Part shown: positions 1-9,915 of the stretch, in pieces
Layout: each line of letters begins with the position of its first letter
Position numbering within the stretch: position 1 is the stretch's first letter
IMG/VR virus record: IMGVR_UViG_3300034101_004588
Span: 62,001 to 126,000 of that record
Length of the DNA: 64,000 nucleotides
Strand: one strand, 5' to 3'
Notes under the pieces: generated by a model
Seen by the model: the letters and a program-made list of their open reading frames with translations, nothing else
Told to the model about the DNA's origin: nothing
Database searches by the model: none
Translations under genes and position numbers: made by a program

Positions 1-3000
1 ATTACAACTAATGGATTAGGTATTAACACAGCAAATCCAAATCAACCTTTAACAGTAGTTGGAAATGCTTCTGCTACAGGAGTTCTTACTGTTGATTCAA
101 ATATTAATACAAACGGTACTATTAATATAGCAGATGTTAATTTATACAGATCTGCAGCAGATACTCTTAAAACTGATGATAATTTAGTAGTAGGAGTGTT
201 AGCTACTAATGCTTCTTCAGATAGTTTGATAGTTGAAAATAGTGGTAAATTAGAAAAAAGATCAACTAATAGACAAATTTGGAATACCAATGCTCAATTG
301 CTGTCAGGTATTTTAATAAATTCTTACGTACCTAAAGCGGGAAATAATGGAGCTTTGAGTAATAGCGTTATTTATGAAAATGATTCTAACATAGGTGTTA
401 ACACAATAACTCCTCAAAATAAATTAACCGTAAAAGCAGCTACTGACAATACTACGGATTATCCTATTAGAGTTAATAATAGCGCAGATAATTATGCGTT
501 TGTAGTAGGTGCTTATGGAGCTTCAAATAGAGGAGGAAGTTCTCAAAACATAGATTATACTTTAGATGTAGGAAAAGATTTAATTGTTAAAAACAACAAT
601 ACAGATTCTTTAGTTGTTAAGTCTGGTGGTAATGTTGGTATAGGTACAGTAACCCCTAACAACAAATTGACTGTTATAGGAGGAATAAGTGCAGTTGGAA
701 ATTTAACAGTAGACGGAGATGTGATTTTAGGTTCTGATGCAGTTGATACTATAACCTTTAATGGAGGCCCTGTTAATTTTCCTAATGCTACTAGTAGTTC
801 TGATGCTATTGTTATAGGTTCTGATTCTCGAATTATTAGATCTACTACAAATACTCTTTCAACTAATTCAGATTTAATATTAGGACCTTTATCAACTAAT
901 TCTTCTACTAATAGTGTAGTTGTAGAAAGTAGTAATACATTAAGAAAAAGAAATATCAATCCTAGAGTTTGGGATACTACAGGTACTTTCTTAACCGGAT
1001 CTTCAAATTTTACAACAAATTATATTCCTAAAGCTACTAATTCAGCTGCTTTGGCTAACAGTCAAATATTTGATAATAATACTAATGTAGGTATAGGTAC
1101 TACAACTCCTAATCAAAAATTAACTGTCAATGGAGCTATTAGTTCTAACTCTTTTATAGATAGTAATACTCAATTTAGAGGTCAAGATAATGATACCTTT
1201 TTGGTTCCTTCTTATTCTTGGTCTGGAGATCAAAACACTGGAATGTGTCGACTAGCTGCAGATACTATTGGATTTTCTACAGCTGGAAATGAAAGAGTTA
1301 GAATATCATCAACTGGTAGTGTCGGAATAAGTGCAACTTCTTTTAGAAGCGGAGAAAGATTAATTGTTAGAGATAATAACACTAACGTTTCTTTTACTAA
1401 TGGATCAAATACTAAAGGTAATCTTTTAACTTTGGAAGGAAATAGTAATGAAGGTATATCTATTTTAACCCCTAATACTAATTCTGGTTGGTTGTTATTT
1501 GGAGATCCGGAAGACAATGATGTAGGTGCTTTAGAATATAGACATTCAGATAATACTTTAAGAATAACTGTAGGTGGAACTGAGAGATTTATTTTAGATT
1601 CTACGGGTAAGTTAAGCGTAGGAACTAGTAGTACCGCTTATGGATTAAATGTAGTTGGAGAAGCTTTAATAGATGATATTTTATTTGGTAATACTTGGGG
1701 TTCTGATAATATTCAAATAGGTCAAAACACTTTAGTAAGAAATTTACAAAAAGCAGGAACAACTGCAGCAACCAGGGCAGACGATAATATAGCTATTGGC
1801 CGTTATGCTTTATCTGGATTAGAAACAGGTAAACATAATATTGGTTTAGGGCAGTACAGTTTACAATATTCAACTTCAGCAGAAAATGATATTGCTATAG
1901 GATATCAAGCCGCAAGACATTATAATAAAACAGCTGGGTCTGCATCTGTTGTAGGATATAACGTAATAGTAGGACCTTATGCAATGCGTTATCATAACGG
2001 AAGATACAACGTAGCTATAGGAGCTGTGTCTTTGGGGGGTTCTAGCGGCACTGGAGCGCAATCTACTTCTGGATTTAATACTGGATCATTTAATAATGTA
2101 ATAGGTATAGAAGCTGGTACTAACATAACAACTGGAGATTATAATTTATGTTTAGGTTATCGAGCTGGATATAATTTAACAACTGGAAATAACAATGTTC
2201 TTTTAGGTAATGATGTGAGAGCAAATGATCCGACCGGATTTGCTCAATTAAGAATAGGTTGTGGATCTGCTTTACGTTGGATAGATGGTAATAGTTTAGG
2301 AAATGTTGCTATAGGAGGTAATACTTTACCTCTTAGTGAAGCTCAATTGTATCTAAGAAATACAACTACTATAACCAATGCTTTAGTAGTAGATTCAGAT
2401 TCGAGTGCTTCTACAAATGTACAATTTAGAAATAATAACGGAACTACTAATTACGGAGAAATCAATTTAGCATCTACTGCAGCATCATTTAATATCAGAT
2501 CAGTTGGTTCTACTCCTATTAATTTACAAACTGGTGGATCTAATAGTCGTTTAACTATAACTAACACCGGAAATGTTGGTATTGGTGTAACTACACCTGG
2601 ACAACTTTTAACAGTAAATGGAGCAATTAGTGCTAACGGAACATTTATAGCCAATACTTCTGTAACTGCTCCTAGAATGATAATGAATGTTGCCGGAGCA
2701 ACACCTGCTGACCTTACAAGTACAACTCATCCATTACAAATAGGTACTTCTGGAAGTATTATGGTTTTTAATGGAACCGATATACAATCAAGAAGTGGTT
2801 CTACGGCTGCTGGATTAAATCTTAACACAGCTGGAGGAGGAGTAAACTTAGGAAATTCAAGTAGCCAGGTTGTTGTAAATGGAAGATTGGCAATAGTTGG
2901 TGGTTCTGATGTAACCTTATCTAGTACTGCGCATTCATTTCGAATTGGTCTGGATAACGCAGAAAATTTGGCAATAGATGCAAATGAAATCCAAGCAAGA

Positions 3001-3819
3001 AATAATGGAGTGGCTAGTACTTTAAACTTAAATGCCGAAGGAGGTGATGTTGCTTTTGATGGTACTTCTAAATTAACATTTGGTTCTACAACTGGTGATA
3101 AACTTAATTTGTGGGCTGCTCAATATGGTATGGGAGTTGCTGGTAATGATTTTCAATTATATTCCGGTAATAGATTTAGTTTTAGGGACGGTGCTTATAA
3201 TGGCACTATTTTAGCAAATGTAAGAGGAAATGGAGAAATCTTAGCTAGACAGACTATAAGAGCCGGTGTAACGGATCTTTCTAACACTGCTACAGATAAT
3301 ACTACATATCAAACAGGAGAACATTTAGTTTTTGCTTATGGAGGAACTGCTACAGACTATACATATATATGTGGAAGAAATGTGGTAGATACCAACAGAA
3401 CAATTCAATCTGTAGTTGCTAATGATGAAAAGTTTAGAGTATTAGCAACTGGTATAATAGGAGCAAAATCCGGAACGATATCTGTATTATCAGATATAAG
3501 AAGAAAACAAGATATTACAGATGCTACATCACAATGGGAAGATATTAAAAATATAAAATTAGTAAATTATAGATATAAAAAAGATGTAGAAAAAGATCCT
3601 TCAACTCCAAAATTTTTAGGAGTTATAGCTCAACAAGTAGAAGCGATTTCTCCTGGTTTGGTTTTTGATGATTATCATTCTTTGGTAGACGGAACACCAG
3701 AAAAAAATGTAAAAATTTCTATAATATATCTTAAAGCGGTCAAAGCCCTTCAAGAAGCCATGGCTCGTATAGAAAATTTAGAAGCTAAAGTACAGGCTTT
3801 AGAATCTGTCAATAGTTGA
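1..3819 (+). CDS. Long tail fibre/adhesin with C-terminal peptidase S74 intramolecular chaperone (5' truncated)
   Basis: Frame is open from position 1 (ITTNGLGINTANPNQPLTV...). Repeated GNVGIGTxTP fibre motifs, NIAIGxxAL repeats, C-terminal SDIRRKQDI ... LGVIAQQVE ... terminal coiled coil. Confidence 0.9.
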   Translation: MTTNGLGINTANPNQPLTVVGNASATGVLTVDSNINTNGTINIADVNLYRSAADTLKTDDNLVVGVLATNASSDSLIVENSGKLEKRSTNRQIWNTNAQLLSGILINSYVPKAGNNGALSNSVIYENDSNIGVNTITPQNKLTVKAATDNTTDYPIRVNNSADNYAFVVGAYGASNRGGSSQNIDYTLDVGKDLIVKNNNTDSLVVKSGGNVGIGTVTPNNKLTVIGGISAVGNLTVDGDVILGSDAVDTITFNGGPVNFPNATSSSDAIVIGSDSRIIRSTTNTLSTNSDLILGPLSTNSSTNSVVVESSNTLRKRNINPRVWDTTGTFLTGSSNFTTNYIPKATNSAALANSQIFDNNTNVGIGTTTPNQKLTVNGAISSNSFIDSNTQFRGQDNDTFLVPSYSWSGDQNTGMCRLAADTIGFSTAGNERVRISSTGSVGISATSFRSGERLIVRDNNTNVSFTNGSNTKGNLLTLEGNSNEGISILTPNTNSGWLLFGDPEDNDVGALEYRHSDNTLRITVGGTERFILDSTGKLSVGTSSTAYGLNVVGEALIDDILFGNTWGSDNIQIGQNTLVRNLQKAGTTAATRADDNIAIGRYALSGLETGKHNIGLGQYSLQYSTSAENDIAIGYQAARHYNKTAGSASVVGYNVIVGPYAMRYHNGRYNVAIGAVSLGGSSGTGAQSTSGFNTGSFNNVIGIEAGTNITTGDYNLCLGYRAGYNLTTGNNNVLLGNDVRANDPTGFAQLRIGCGSALRWIDGNSLGNVAIGGNTLPLSEAQLYLRNTTTITNALVVDSDSSASTNVQFRNNNGTTNYGEINLASTAASFNIRSVGSTPINLQTGGSNSRLTITNTGNVGIGVTTPGQLLTVNGAISANGTFIANTSVTAPRMIMNVAGATPADLTSTTHPLQIGTSGSIMVFNGTDIQSRSGSTAAGLNLNTAGGGVNLGNSSSQVVVNGRLAIVGGSDVTLSSTAHSFRIGLDNAENLAIDANEIQARNNGVASTLNLNAEGGDVAFDGTSKLTFGSTTGDKLNLWAAQYGMGVAGNDFQLYSGNRFSFRDGAYNGTILANVRGNGEILARQTIRAGVTDLSNTATDNTTYQTGEHLVFAYGGTATDYTYICGRNVVDTNRTIQSVVANDEKFRVLATGIIGAKSGTISVLSDIRRKQDITDATSQWEDIKNIKLVNYRYKKDVEKDPSTPKFLGVIAQQVEAISPGLVFDDYHSLVDGTPEKNVKISIIYLKAVKALQEAMARIENLEAKVQALESVNS

Positions 3820-3850
3820 ATTTAGGTTTTTTATTGTAAATAATAAAAAT

Positions 3851-4045
3851 ATGGAACAAGAAAATCAAAATACATCAGAAAATTCTGAAATTCCTGCATC
3901 TACTTTTGATAGGCAATATGCAGAAATTTTAATTAAAAGATTAGAAACTCAACGCAATTCAGCCTTTAATCAAATTGCTATGTTAGAAGCAGAGCTAATT
4001 AAAGCTCAATCTTATATACAAGAATTGCAAAAAGACAAAAAATAA
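3851..4045 (+). CDS. Small coiled-coil protein, possibly tail-fibre associated
   Basis: 64-aa ORF with heptad pattern directly after the fibre gene; TAAATA upstream. Confidence 0.55.
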   Translation: MEQENQNTSENSEIPASTFDRQYAEILIKRLETQRNSAFNQIAMLEAELIKAQSYIQELQKDKK

Positions 4046-4067
4046 AAAGAATATAGATATTTTTAGA

Positions 4068-4073
4068 TAAATA
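4068..4073 (+). promoter_or_regulatory. T4-like late promoter core TAAATA upstream of the lysis cassette
   Basis: GATAAATA ending 5 nt before ATG 4079; the same motif recurs before structural genes; gp55 is encoded in the window. Confidence 0.6.
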
Positions 4074-4078
4074 TCTAT

Positions 4079-4348
4079 ATGAATAAACTTTTAATATTAA
4101 CAGTTTTTTTGACCGGATGTGTTTGTTTAAATCCAGCACATAAAAAAACTGCTCCTCCTATTGCTAATACAGGAGAGGTTATTGAGTCTTTAGAAAAGAC
4201 TAAAACCGAATTGGAAAAAGCTGGTGAATCTAATACTGTTGTCGGTGACAAAGTAGATAAAGCATTAACCTTGGCTGAAAGACTTGAAATTCTTTTAGAA
4301 CAAATTGAAGAAACTAGTTCTAAAAATGTAAAGGAACCAATAAAATGA
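4079..4348 (+). CDS. Lipoprotein, putative outer-membrane spanin subunit
   Basis: MNKLLILTVFLTGC lipobox signal, coiled coil, located in the lysis cassette. Confidence 0.6.
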   Translation: MNKLLILTVFLTGCVCLNPAHKKTAPPIANTGEVIESLEKTKTELEKAGESNTVVGDKVDKALTLAERLEILLEQIEETSSKNVKEPIK

Positions 4349-4860
4349 AAAAATTAATTCCCTTAATCATATTATTAACATTAAGCACTACAAGTTTTGG
4401 TCAGTTTTGGAAACCGAAACCAAAAGCAACACCTAAACCTGCACCTGTAGCTGTTGAAAAGTCTAAAACCCCTGTTCAAGATGCTAAATTAATTATTAAA
4501 GAATTAAAAAATGAATTAAATGTAGCAAAGACTGAAAATACTAAATTAAAAGACAATTTATCAAAAGCAAAAGAAGAGGTAAACAATAGTTTTATACAAA
4601 TAGATAAATTAAAAAAAGATATCAACACATTAAAAGAATGGGGTGTTATCCAACAAGCAGAAGCTCAAAAATGGTTAGAGAAATATAACAATGCAGTCAA
4701 AAGATATCATAGATTAAAATGGATTGCCGCTTTAGTAGCCGCTGCAGCTGGTGTGTTATTAGGTATGCAATTTATGAACTTAGTTCCACTGCCATATAAC
4801 TTTTTAGTACCGATTGGTGCTGCTGGTTTATTTGGTACTATAGTTTGGATTTTCTTATAA
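4345..4860 (+). CDS. Coiled-coil membrane protein, putative inner-membrane spanin-like subunit
   Basis: N-terminal signal peptide, Pro/Lys linker, long coiled coil, two C-terminal hydrophobic segments. Confidence 0.5.
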   Translation: MKKLIPLIILLTLSTTSFGQFWKPKPKATPKPAPVAVEKSKTPVQDAKLIIKELKNELNVAKTENTKLKDNLSKAKEEVNNSFIQIDKLKKDINTLKEWGVIQQAEAQKWLEKYNNAVKRYHRLKWIAALVAAAAGVLLGMQFMNLVPLPYNFLVPIGAAGLFGTIVWIFL

Positions 4861-5333
4861 TGATTACGGGAATTAATAATGCTATTAAAAGTGCCTTGGC
4901 TTTCTTAAGCAGCAGTAAAACTCCACCAAATACTTCCATTGCTATGAGAGAAGCAATGAAAAAAGAAAATCACTTTGCTTCCAAAAAGTTTTTTATAGCG
5001 GTAACATCATTTGTTGGTCTTTTATTTTTTTATTTTAGCAGTGTAAGTGTATTGTTTTTTCTTCCTCCAGATAATAGAGAAATAGTTGCTGGTTATGTAA
5101 CCATTTTTACCAAAACAATTGAAGTTTTGGCAATTATAATTGCAGCTTATTTAGGAGTTCAAGCGGCAGTAGATTTAAAATATAATAGTAGTTCTAACCA
5201 GTCATATGATATGTCTAAAAGTATAGAGCAGATAGATGAAAAGGTTATTACTGAACAAACTATAAAGTATGCTGAGATCTATAAAGACGATCCATCTTAT
5301 GCTCCTATAGATTGGGCTATGAGTTACGAATGA
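4860..5333 (+). CDS. Putative holin
   Basis: Two hydrophobic helices (FFIAVTSFVGLLFFYF; VLAIIIAAYLGVQA), directly upstream of the endolysin. ATG 4860 overlaps the preceding TAA. Confidence 0.55.
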   Translation: MITGINNAIKSALAFLSSSKTPPNTSIAMREAMKKENHFASKKFFIAVTSFVGLLFFYFSSVSVLFFLPPDNREIVAGYVTIFTKTIEVLAIIIAAYLGVQAAVDLKYNSSSNQSYDMSKSIEQIDEKVITEQTIKYAEIYKDDPSYAPIDWAMSYE

Positions 5334-5334
5334 T

Positions 5335-6033
5335 ATGAAAGAGCCATTAAAAAAAGGGAGTTTCGGAGAAGAAGTTAAACAGTGGCAACTTTTTTTACAA
5401 AGTGCTGGTTATAAGATTCCATATGTTGATGGTGCTTTTGGTCCGGAAACGGAAAGAGAAACATTAAAATTTCAAGCCAAAAACGGTTTAAAACCAGACG
5501 GAATAGTTGGACCTAAAACTTGGAATTTTGTAACTGCCGTAAGCAATAATACACCTTTGTCAGAAAAATGGCCTAAACAAAATTTTACATCTATGGTTAA
5601 TTTTTATGGTCCGGTTGGAGAAAATCAAACTAGACTAGAATTGCCATATAAACTAAAAATTGCATGGGATAAGGGTACTACATTAACTAAAATTACATGC
5701 CATCAAAAAGTAGCTAAATCATTATACACTATATTTGAAAACACTTTAAATACCTACGGAGAAAAAGAAATAACAAAACTAAGATTAGATGTATTTGGTG
5801 GTTGTTTAAATGTTCGTAAAATGCGGGGAGGTTCTGCATGGTCTATTCATTCATGGGGAGCTGCAATAGATTTAGATCCGGATAACAATCAATTAAAATG
5901 GGGCAAAGATAAAGCTTCTTTTGGTAAAAAAGAATATAATGAATTTTGGAACATTGTTCAATCAGAAGGATGGATAAGTTTAGGAAAAGCTAGAAACTAT
6001 GATTGGATGCATTTCCAAGCAGCTTTACTTTAA
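5335..6033 (+). CDS. Endolysin: PG_binding_1 domain plus M15 zinc peptidase
   Basis: LKKGSFGEEVKQWQ...DGAFGPET...DGIVGPKT binding domain; RKMRGGSAWSIHSWGAAIDLD and DWMHFQ M15 motifs. Confidence 0.9.
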   Translation: MKEPLKKGSFGEEVKQWQLFLQSAGYKIPYVDGAFGPETERETLKFQAKNGLKPDGIVGPKTWNFVTAVSNNTPLSEKWPKQNFTSMVNFYGPVGENQTRLELPYKLKIAWDKGTTLTKITCHQKVAKSLYTIFENTLNTYGEKEITKLRLDVFGGCLNVRKMRGGSAWSIHSWGAAIDLDPDNNQLKWGKDKASFGKKEYNEFWNIVQSEGWISLGKARNYDWMHFQAALL

Positions 6034-6374
6034 TGAGTCTGACAAATATATATAACAATCAAGTTAAAGGAAAACAAAGTGTATCTAATCTCAGTTTCGG
6101 AAGTAAATTTCCTTTTATAGAAAGAGACCCTAAATTTAAAAAATTAGAAACTGATGTTTTTAGTAAATTGATAGATATTTCTGAAAAAGATAACAAAGAA
6201 AGAAATGTTGTTATTAATACAAATAATAATATTAATTTACAAAATTATTCTTTTGAAGATGCTATTAGGGAATTAAGTAATTTTTATAAAAAGGCTCCGC
6301 AACTTCTTATTCTAATTATTTTCAACCTTGTATTTGTCAAGAGCTTTTATCAAAAATTCTTTCTCTTCTCCTGA
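6033..6374 (+). CDS. Hypothetical protein
   Basis: ATG overlaps the endolysin stop (TAATG); 3' end overlaps a convergent ORF. Confidence 0.45.
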   Translation: MSLTNIYNNQVKGKQSVSNLSFGSKFPFIERDPKFKKLETDVFSKLIDISEKDNKERNVVINTNNNINLQNYSFEDAIRELSNFYKKAPQLLILIIFNLVFVKSFYQKFFLFS

Positions 6375-6797
6375 TAAATTTAAACAATTGTAAGATTTAT
6401 AAAACCCTTCTGTTTTATTAAATGTATTAAAAGATTCAAAAGAATTTTTATAATTCTTTAAAAATAAACGTTTTATACTTTTTACAATTTTTTCTTTATT
6501 TAAAAAATAAGATTCCCACGGCATATTATTTTCTAAAAAATTTAACACTATCAAACCTTTAAAATGTAATGTTTTATATTTTTCTTTAAAGGTTTTTATT
6601 TCTTCTAAAACTTTTTTTTCTATAAAATATTTTAAAGTTTTTTCTGTGCCTTTAATTTGACTTTCTTTTATCAGACCCCACTCATTTAAGTAATCTACAA
6701 TATCTGGCATTATAGAATTTAAATAAATATTAAAATTTAATATTAAAATCCTATTTTTTAAATCTATTTGCAAATAATCAGTTTTTGGCTTATTCAC
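6312..6797 (-). CDS. Hypothetical protein
   Basis: 161-aa ORF coupled to the upstream minus-strand gene. Confidence 0.55.
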   Translation of the reverse strand: MNKPKTDYLQIDLKNRILILNFNIYLNSIMPDIVDYLNEWGLIKESQIKGTEKTLKYFIEKKVLEEIKTFKEKYKTLHFKGLIVLNFLENNMPWESYFLNKEKIVKSIKRLFLKNYKNSFESFNTFNKTEGFYKSYNCLNLSGEEKEFLIKALDKYKVENN

Positions 6798-7335
6798 CGT
6801 TAGAGGACATTATAGCATCTACTATAATTTCTTCCACTAATTCCGGTGGTAGCTGATAATTGGCTTTTTCTACTATATCTTTAATATTTTTTAAATTTTT
6901 TGATATGTTTTGTTTATGCTCTATGACCTGGATTAACTGCTCTTTATCTAAATTTTTATAAGTGGGTTTTTCCTGTAATTGTAAAGTTTCTAAAAGTGGT
7001 TCTCCGAATCGCGAAATAATAGAAACAACTCTTTTATAAAATCTATCTAAAGGAGAAGAATATACTAGATCTTCTTTTATTTTTAATTTTTCTAAAAGAT
7101 AATTTAAAATAACACATTTTTCAGTTTGTTCTTGAACTCTATTTAAAAATTCTACCCCTCTTATATGTTGTTTACCGTAAGGATTAAACAAACACCCACC
7201 ACCCAAATATTTAGACCCGCAGTATATACATTTTTCTGGGTCTCCCATAATAACGTGAGTATTGGTAGGAGAAAATAAACAAGGTCTTCCATAACTGTAA
7301 GACCCGCAATATATACAACTGTGACGTTTGCTCAT
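6790..7335 (-). CDS. Protein with two tandem CxxC-x8-C...H zinc-binding repeats
   Basis: CIYCGSYSYGRPCLFSPTNTH and CIYCGSKYLGGGCLFNPYGKQH. Confidence 0.65.
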   Translation of the reverse strand: MSKRHSCIYCGSYSYGRPCLFSPTNTHVIMGDPEKCIYCGSKYLGGGCLFNPYGKQHIRGVEFLNRVQEQTEKCVILNYLLEKLKIKEDLVYSSPLDRFYKRVVSIISRFGEPLLETLQLQEKPTYKNLDKEQLIQVIEHKQNISKNLKNIKDIVEKANYQLPPELVEEIIVDAIMSSNGE

Positions 7336-7823
7336 GGGGATATTAAATAATCTTTGTTATTAGATAAAAAAGATTCTGCTTCTTCTATTATATACTTATT
7401 TTTATAGATCATTTTATTGTCAGAATTGTCAGTTTTTGGTAATAATAAGAAATCATAAACTACATATACACCTTTGTTATTGATTTTAAAAAACAATAAC
7501 CAATGGGGTTTTTGTGTACTGGAAGCTTGTTTTATCCATTCATCTAACAATTTATTTTTACCAGAATATAAAGAATGAAAAGCAAAATCTTGATAAGATT
7601 TACATTCTATAGAAAAATGAGACAGAAAAGAAGGCACTATAACATCTCCATCTGCCAATAATTTTTGTTCATTAGTTAATGATTGATATCTACTTGCATT
7701 TAAACCACCTACAAATGCTCCAGAATTAGGTACTCTTTGAAAATTTGATCCAAATACTTTTGATAAAATACTACAAATTTGTCTTTCAAAATTTTTGCCT
7801 TTTATTTTACTTTTATTACCCAT
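7332..7823 (-). CDS. Holliday junction resolvase-like PD-(D/E)XK nuclease
   Basis: SKIKGKNFERQI, RVPNSGA, GDVI, SIECKSY, W..QA motifs. Confidence 0.8.
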   Translation of the reverse strand: MGNKSKIKGKNFERQICSILSKVFGSNFQRVPNSGAFVGGLNASRYQSLTNEQKLLADGDVIVPSFLSHFSIECKSYQDFAFHSLYSGKNKLLDEWIKQASSTQKPHWLLFFKINNKGVYVVYDFLLLPKTDNSDNKMIYKNKYIIEEAESFLSNNKDYLISP

Positions 7824-8065
7824 TATTTTTTCTTTCTTCTTTTTTTAATTTTGTATTTTCTTTTTTTACCGGTTATTGTTTCTGGGAAATTACGGCGATA
7901 AATTCCTAAACCAAAAATATTTCTGTTATCTCCCGGAGCATATTTATCTCCACTTTTAATATCGCCAGGAGGATTATATATTGGAGTTTCTGGAATTCCT
8001 AAAGCTCCATCTCCTACAGAAGTATCTTCTAATATAGAAATTATAAATTGTTGAAATTTATTCAT
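7823..8065 (-). CDS. Small late protein with basic C-terminus, possible internal head protein
   Basis: N-terminus MNKFQQFIISILE; poly-K/R tail; TAAGTA motifs upstream (8081-8093). Confidence 0.55.
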   Translation of the reverse strand: MNKFQQFIISILEDTSVGDGALGIPETPIYNPPGDIKSGDKYAPGDNRNIFGLGIYRRNFPETITGKKRKYKIKKRRKKK

Positions 8066-8078
8066 AAATGGTTATAAT
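8051..8078 (+). promoter_or_regulatory. Sigma70-type promoter for the uvsY-uvsW-55-47-GT operon
   Basis: TTGAAA-N16-TATAAT. Confidence 0.65.
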
Positions 8079-8092
8079 CTTACTTAATACTT

Positions 8093-8494
8093 ATGGATAA
8101 AGTTTTTACAGATTATAAAAATGAAATATCTAACGATGTTAAAGTTGATGAAATTAATCTTTTACAGAAACAATTACAACTTCCCACTATTAAACATAAA
8201 TGGGCAGCCAGACAAATAGAACAAAAAAGACACCGAAATAATCTTTATAAAAAGAAAAAAGAAATTAAAGCAGCTACTTTGATAAAATTAGAAAAAGAAG
8301 GTATTCCACCTGGTATGCCTAAAAAAAGTATAACAGAAAAAATAGAATCTTCAGAAATAATGGAACAAATTAATGAAGAAATAGAACACACAGATTTGTT
8401 GATAGAATATTTAGAAAAGGTGGAAAATATTTTAAAAACTATGACCTATGATATGAAAAATATCATAGATATTAATAAACTAGAAACCACATGA
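8093..8494 (+). CDS. uvsY: Recombination mediator UvsY
   Basis: Helical 133-aa protein ending YLEKVENILKTMTYDMKNIIDINKLE, adjacent to UvsW as in T4-like phages. Confidence 0.75.
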   Translation: MDKVFTDYKNEISNDVKVDEINLLQKQLQLPTIKHKWAARQIEQKRHRNNLYKKKKEIKAATLIKLEKEGIPPGMPKKSITEKIESSEIMEQINEEIEHTDLLIEYLEKVENILKTMTYDMKNIIDINKLETT

Positions 8495-9915
8495 TAGAAA
8501 TAAATTTTAATGGAAAATCTAAAAGTTTATTACAAATAAGCGGTGATATTATAATCATTTCTTTGATTAGAGAATATTTTTCAATACCAAATCCAGCTTA
8601 TAGATCAAACACTTCTTATGTATCTTCCCGTTTATATAGTATCACACCTTCTGGAAAGTTTGAAATAGGTTTATTAGGTGAAGTAATAAAGTTTTTAACA
8701 GAAAAAAACTATTCGTTTAAAGTAAATGAAGATGTTAAAAAAGCTTATAAACCAGGCATTCTTCCAAAAAATTTAACAGAATTAAAAATAGAGTACAGAG
8801 ATTATCAAAAAAAGGCTATAGTATCTAGTATATTACAAGGAAGAGGCGTTGTGGTTTTACCTACAGCTAGTGGAAAAACCTTAGTTATGGCAGGTTTAAT
8901 AGAAACCTTAAGAGAAAATATAAACAATAAAAATGCCTTAACATTAGTTTTAGTGCCTTCTATACAATTAATAGAACAAACCTATAAAGACTTTATAGAT
9001 TATGGTTTAAAAAATGTTACAAAATGGTCTGGCAATAACAAACCAGATCCATCAGCTAATATTATTATAGCTGGAACCCAAATATTATTAAGCAAACAAA
9101 CAGATTTATCAATATTAGCAAATGTAGATATTTTTTTATGTGATGAATGCCACGGTATCCGTAAAGGAAATAATATTAATAAAATTTTTAATTATATTCC
9201 AACCTTATACAAATACGGTTTTACAGGCACAATGCCTCCTTCAAAAATAGATCAATGGAACATAATTGGTAAATTTGGTCCAGTTAACTACGAAGAAAAA
9301 ACTATTACTTTAAAAAAACAAACCTATGTATCTAATTTTCGTATAGTAATTTTAAAAATAATTCATCAAAACATGCCAAAAGTTTTTATGAATTATTCAA
9401 AACCAGCACAGGTTTATCAAGAAGAGCTAGAATTTTTAATAAATAATGAAAGGCGCAATTTAGTTATATCTAATTTAGCTTTAAAATTAGATCAAAACAC
9501 TTTAATAATGGTTGACAGAATTAATCATGGTTTAATATTAGAAAAATTACTATATAATTTAAATGATTTGAACAAATCTATTTATTTTATCAGGGGTTCT
9601 ACAGATATAGAAGAAAGAGAACAAATAAGAGAACTATTGAATAATAGTAGTTCTTCTATTATCATAGCTATATCAAAAATATTTAGTACCGGTATTAATA
9701 TTCCAAATTTACATAATATAATATTCGGATCTGCGGGTAAAGCTAAAATTAAAATAATGCAATCTATAGGTAGAGCATTAAGACTGCATCCGACTAAAAA
9801 AATAGCTACTATATTTGACATTGCAGATAATACAAAATACGGCAAAGTACATCTCCAAGAACGAAAAAAACTTTATGAAAATGAAAAATATGAATATCAA
9901 GAAAAAGAAATTTAA
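8491..9915 (+). CDS. uvsW: SF2 DNA helicase UvsW
   Basis: RDYQ, LPTASGKT, DECH, GFTGT, FSTGINIPNLHN, QSIGRALR motifs. Confidence 0.92.
   Translation: MIEINFNGKSKSLLQISGDIIIISLIREYFSIPNPAYRSNTSYVSSRLYSITPSGKFEIGLLGEVIKFLTEKNYSFKVNEDVKKAYKPGILPKNLTELKIEYRDYQKKAIVSSILQGRGVVVLPTASGKTLVMAGLIETLRENINNKNALTLVLVPSIQLIEQTYKDFIDYGLKNVTKWSGNNKPDPSANIIIAGTQILLSKQTDLSILANVDIFLCDECHGIRKGNNINKIFNYIPTLYKYGFTGTMPPSKIDQWNIIGKFGPVNYEEKTITLKKQTYVSNFRIVILKIIHQNMPKVFMNYSKPAQVYQEELEFLINNERRNLVISNLALKLDQNTLIMVDRINHGLILEKLLYNLNDLNKSIYFIRGSTDIEEREQIRELLNNSSSSIIIAISKIFSTGINIPNLHNIIFGSAGKAKIKIMQSIGRALRLHPTKKIATIFDIADNTKYGKVHLQERKKLYENEKYEYQEKEI

Noticed and set aside
42-2654. Minus-strand ORFs 42..290, 555..959, 1230..1517, 1876..2061 and 2451..2654
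   Set aside because: Antisense shadows of the tail-fibre gene, caused by its codon bias; no recognisable motifs.
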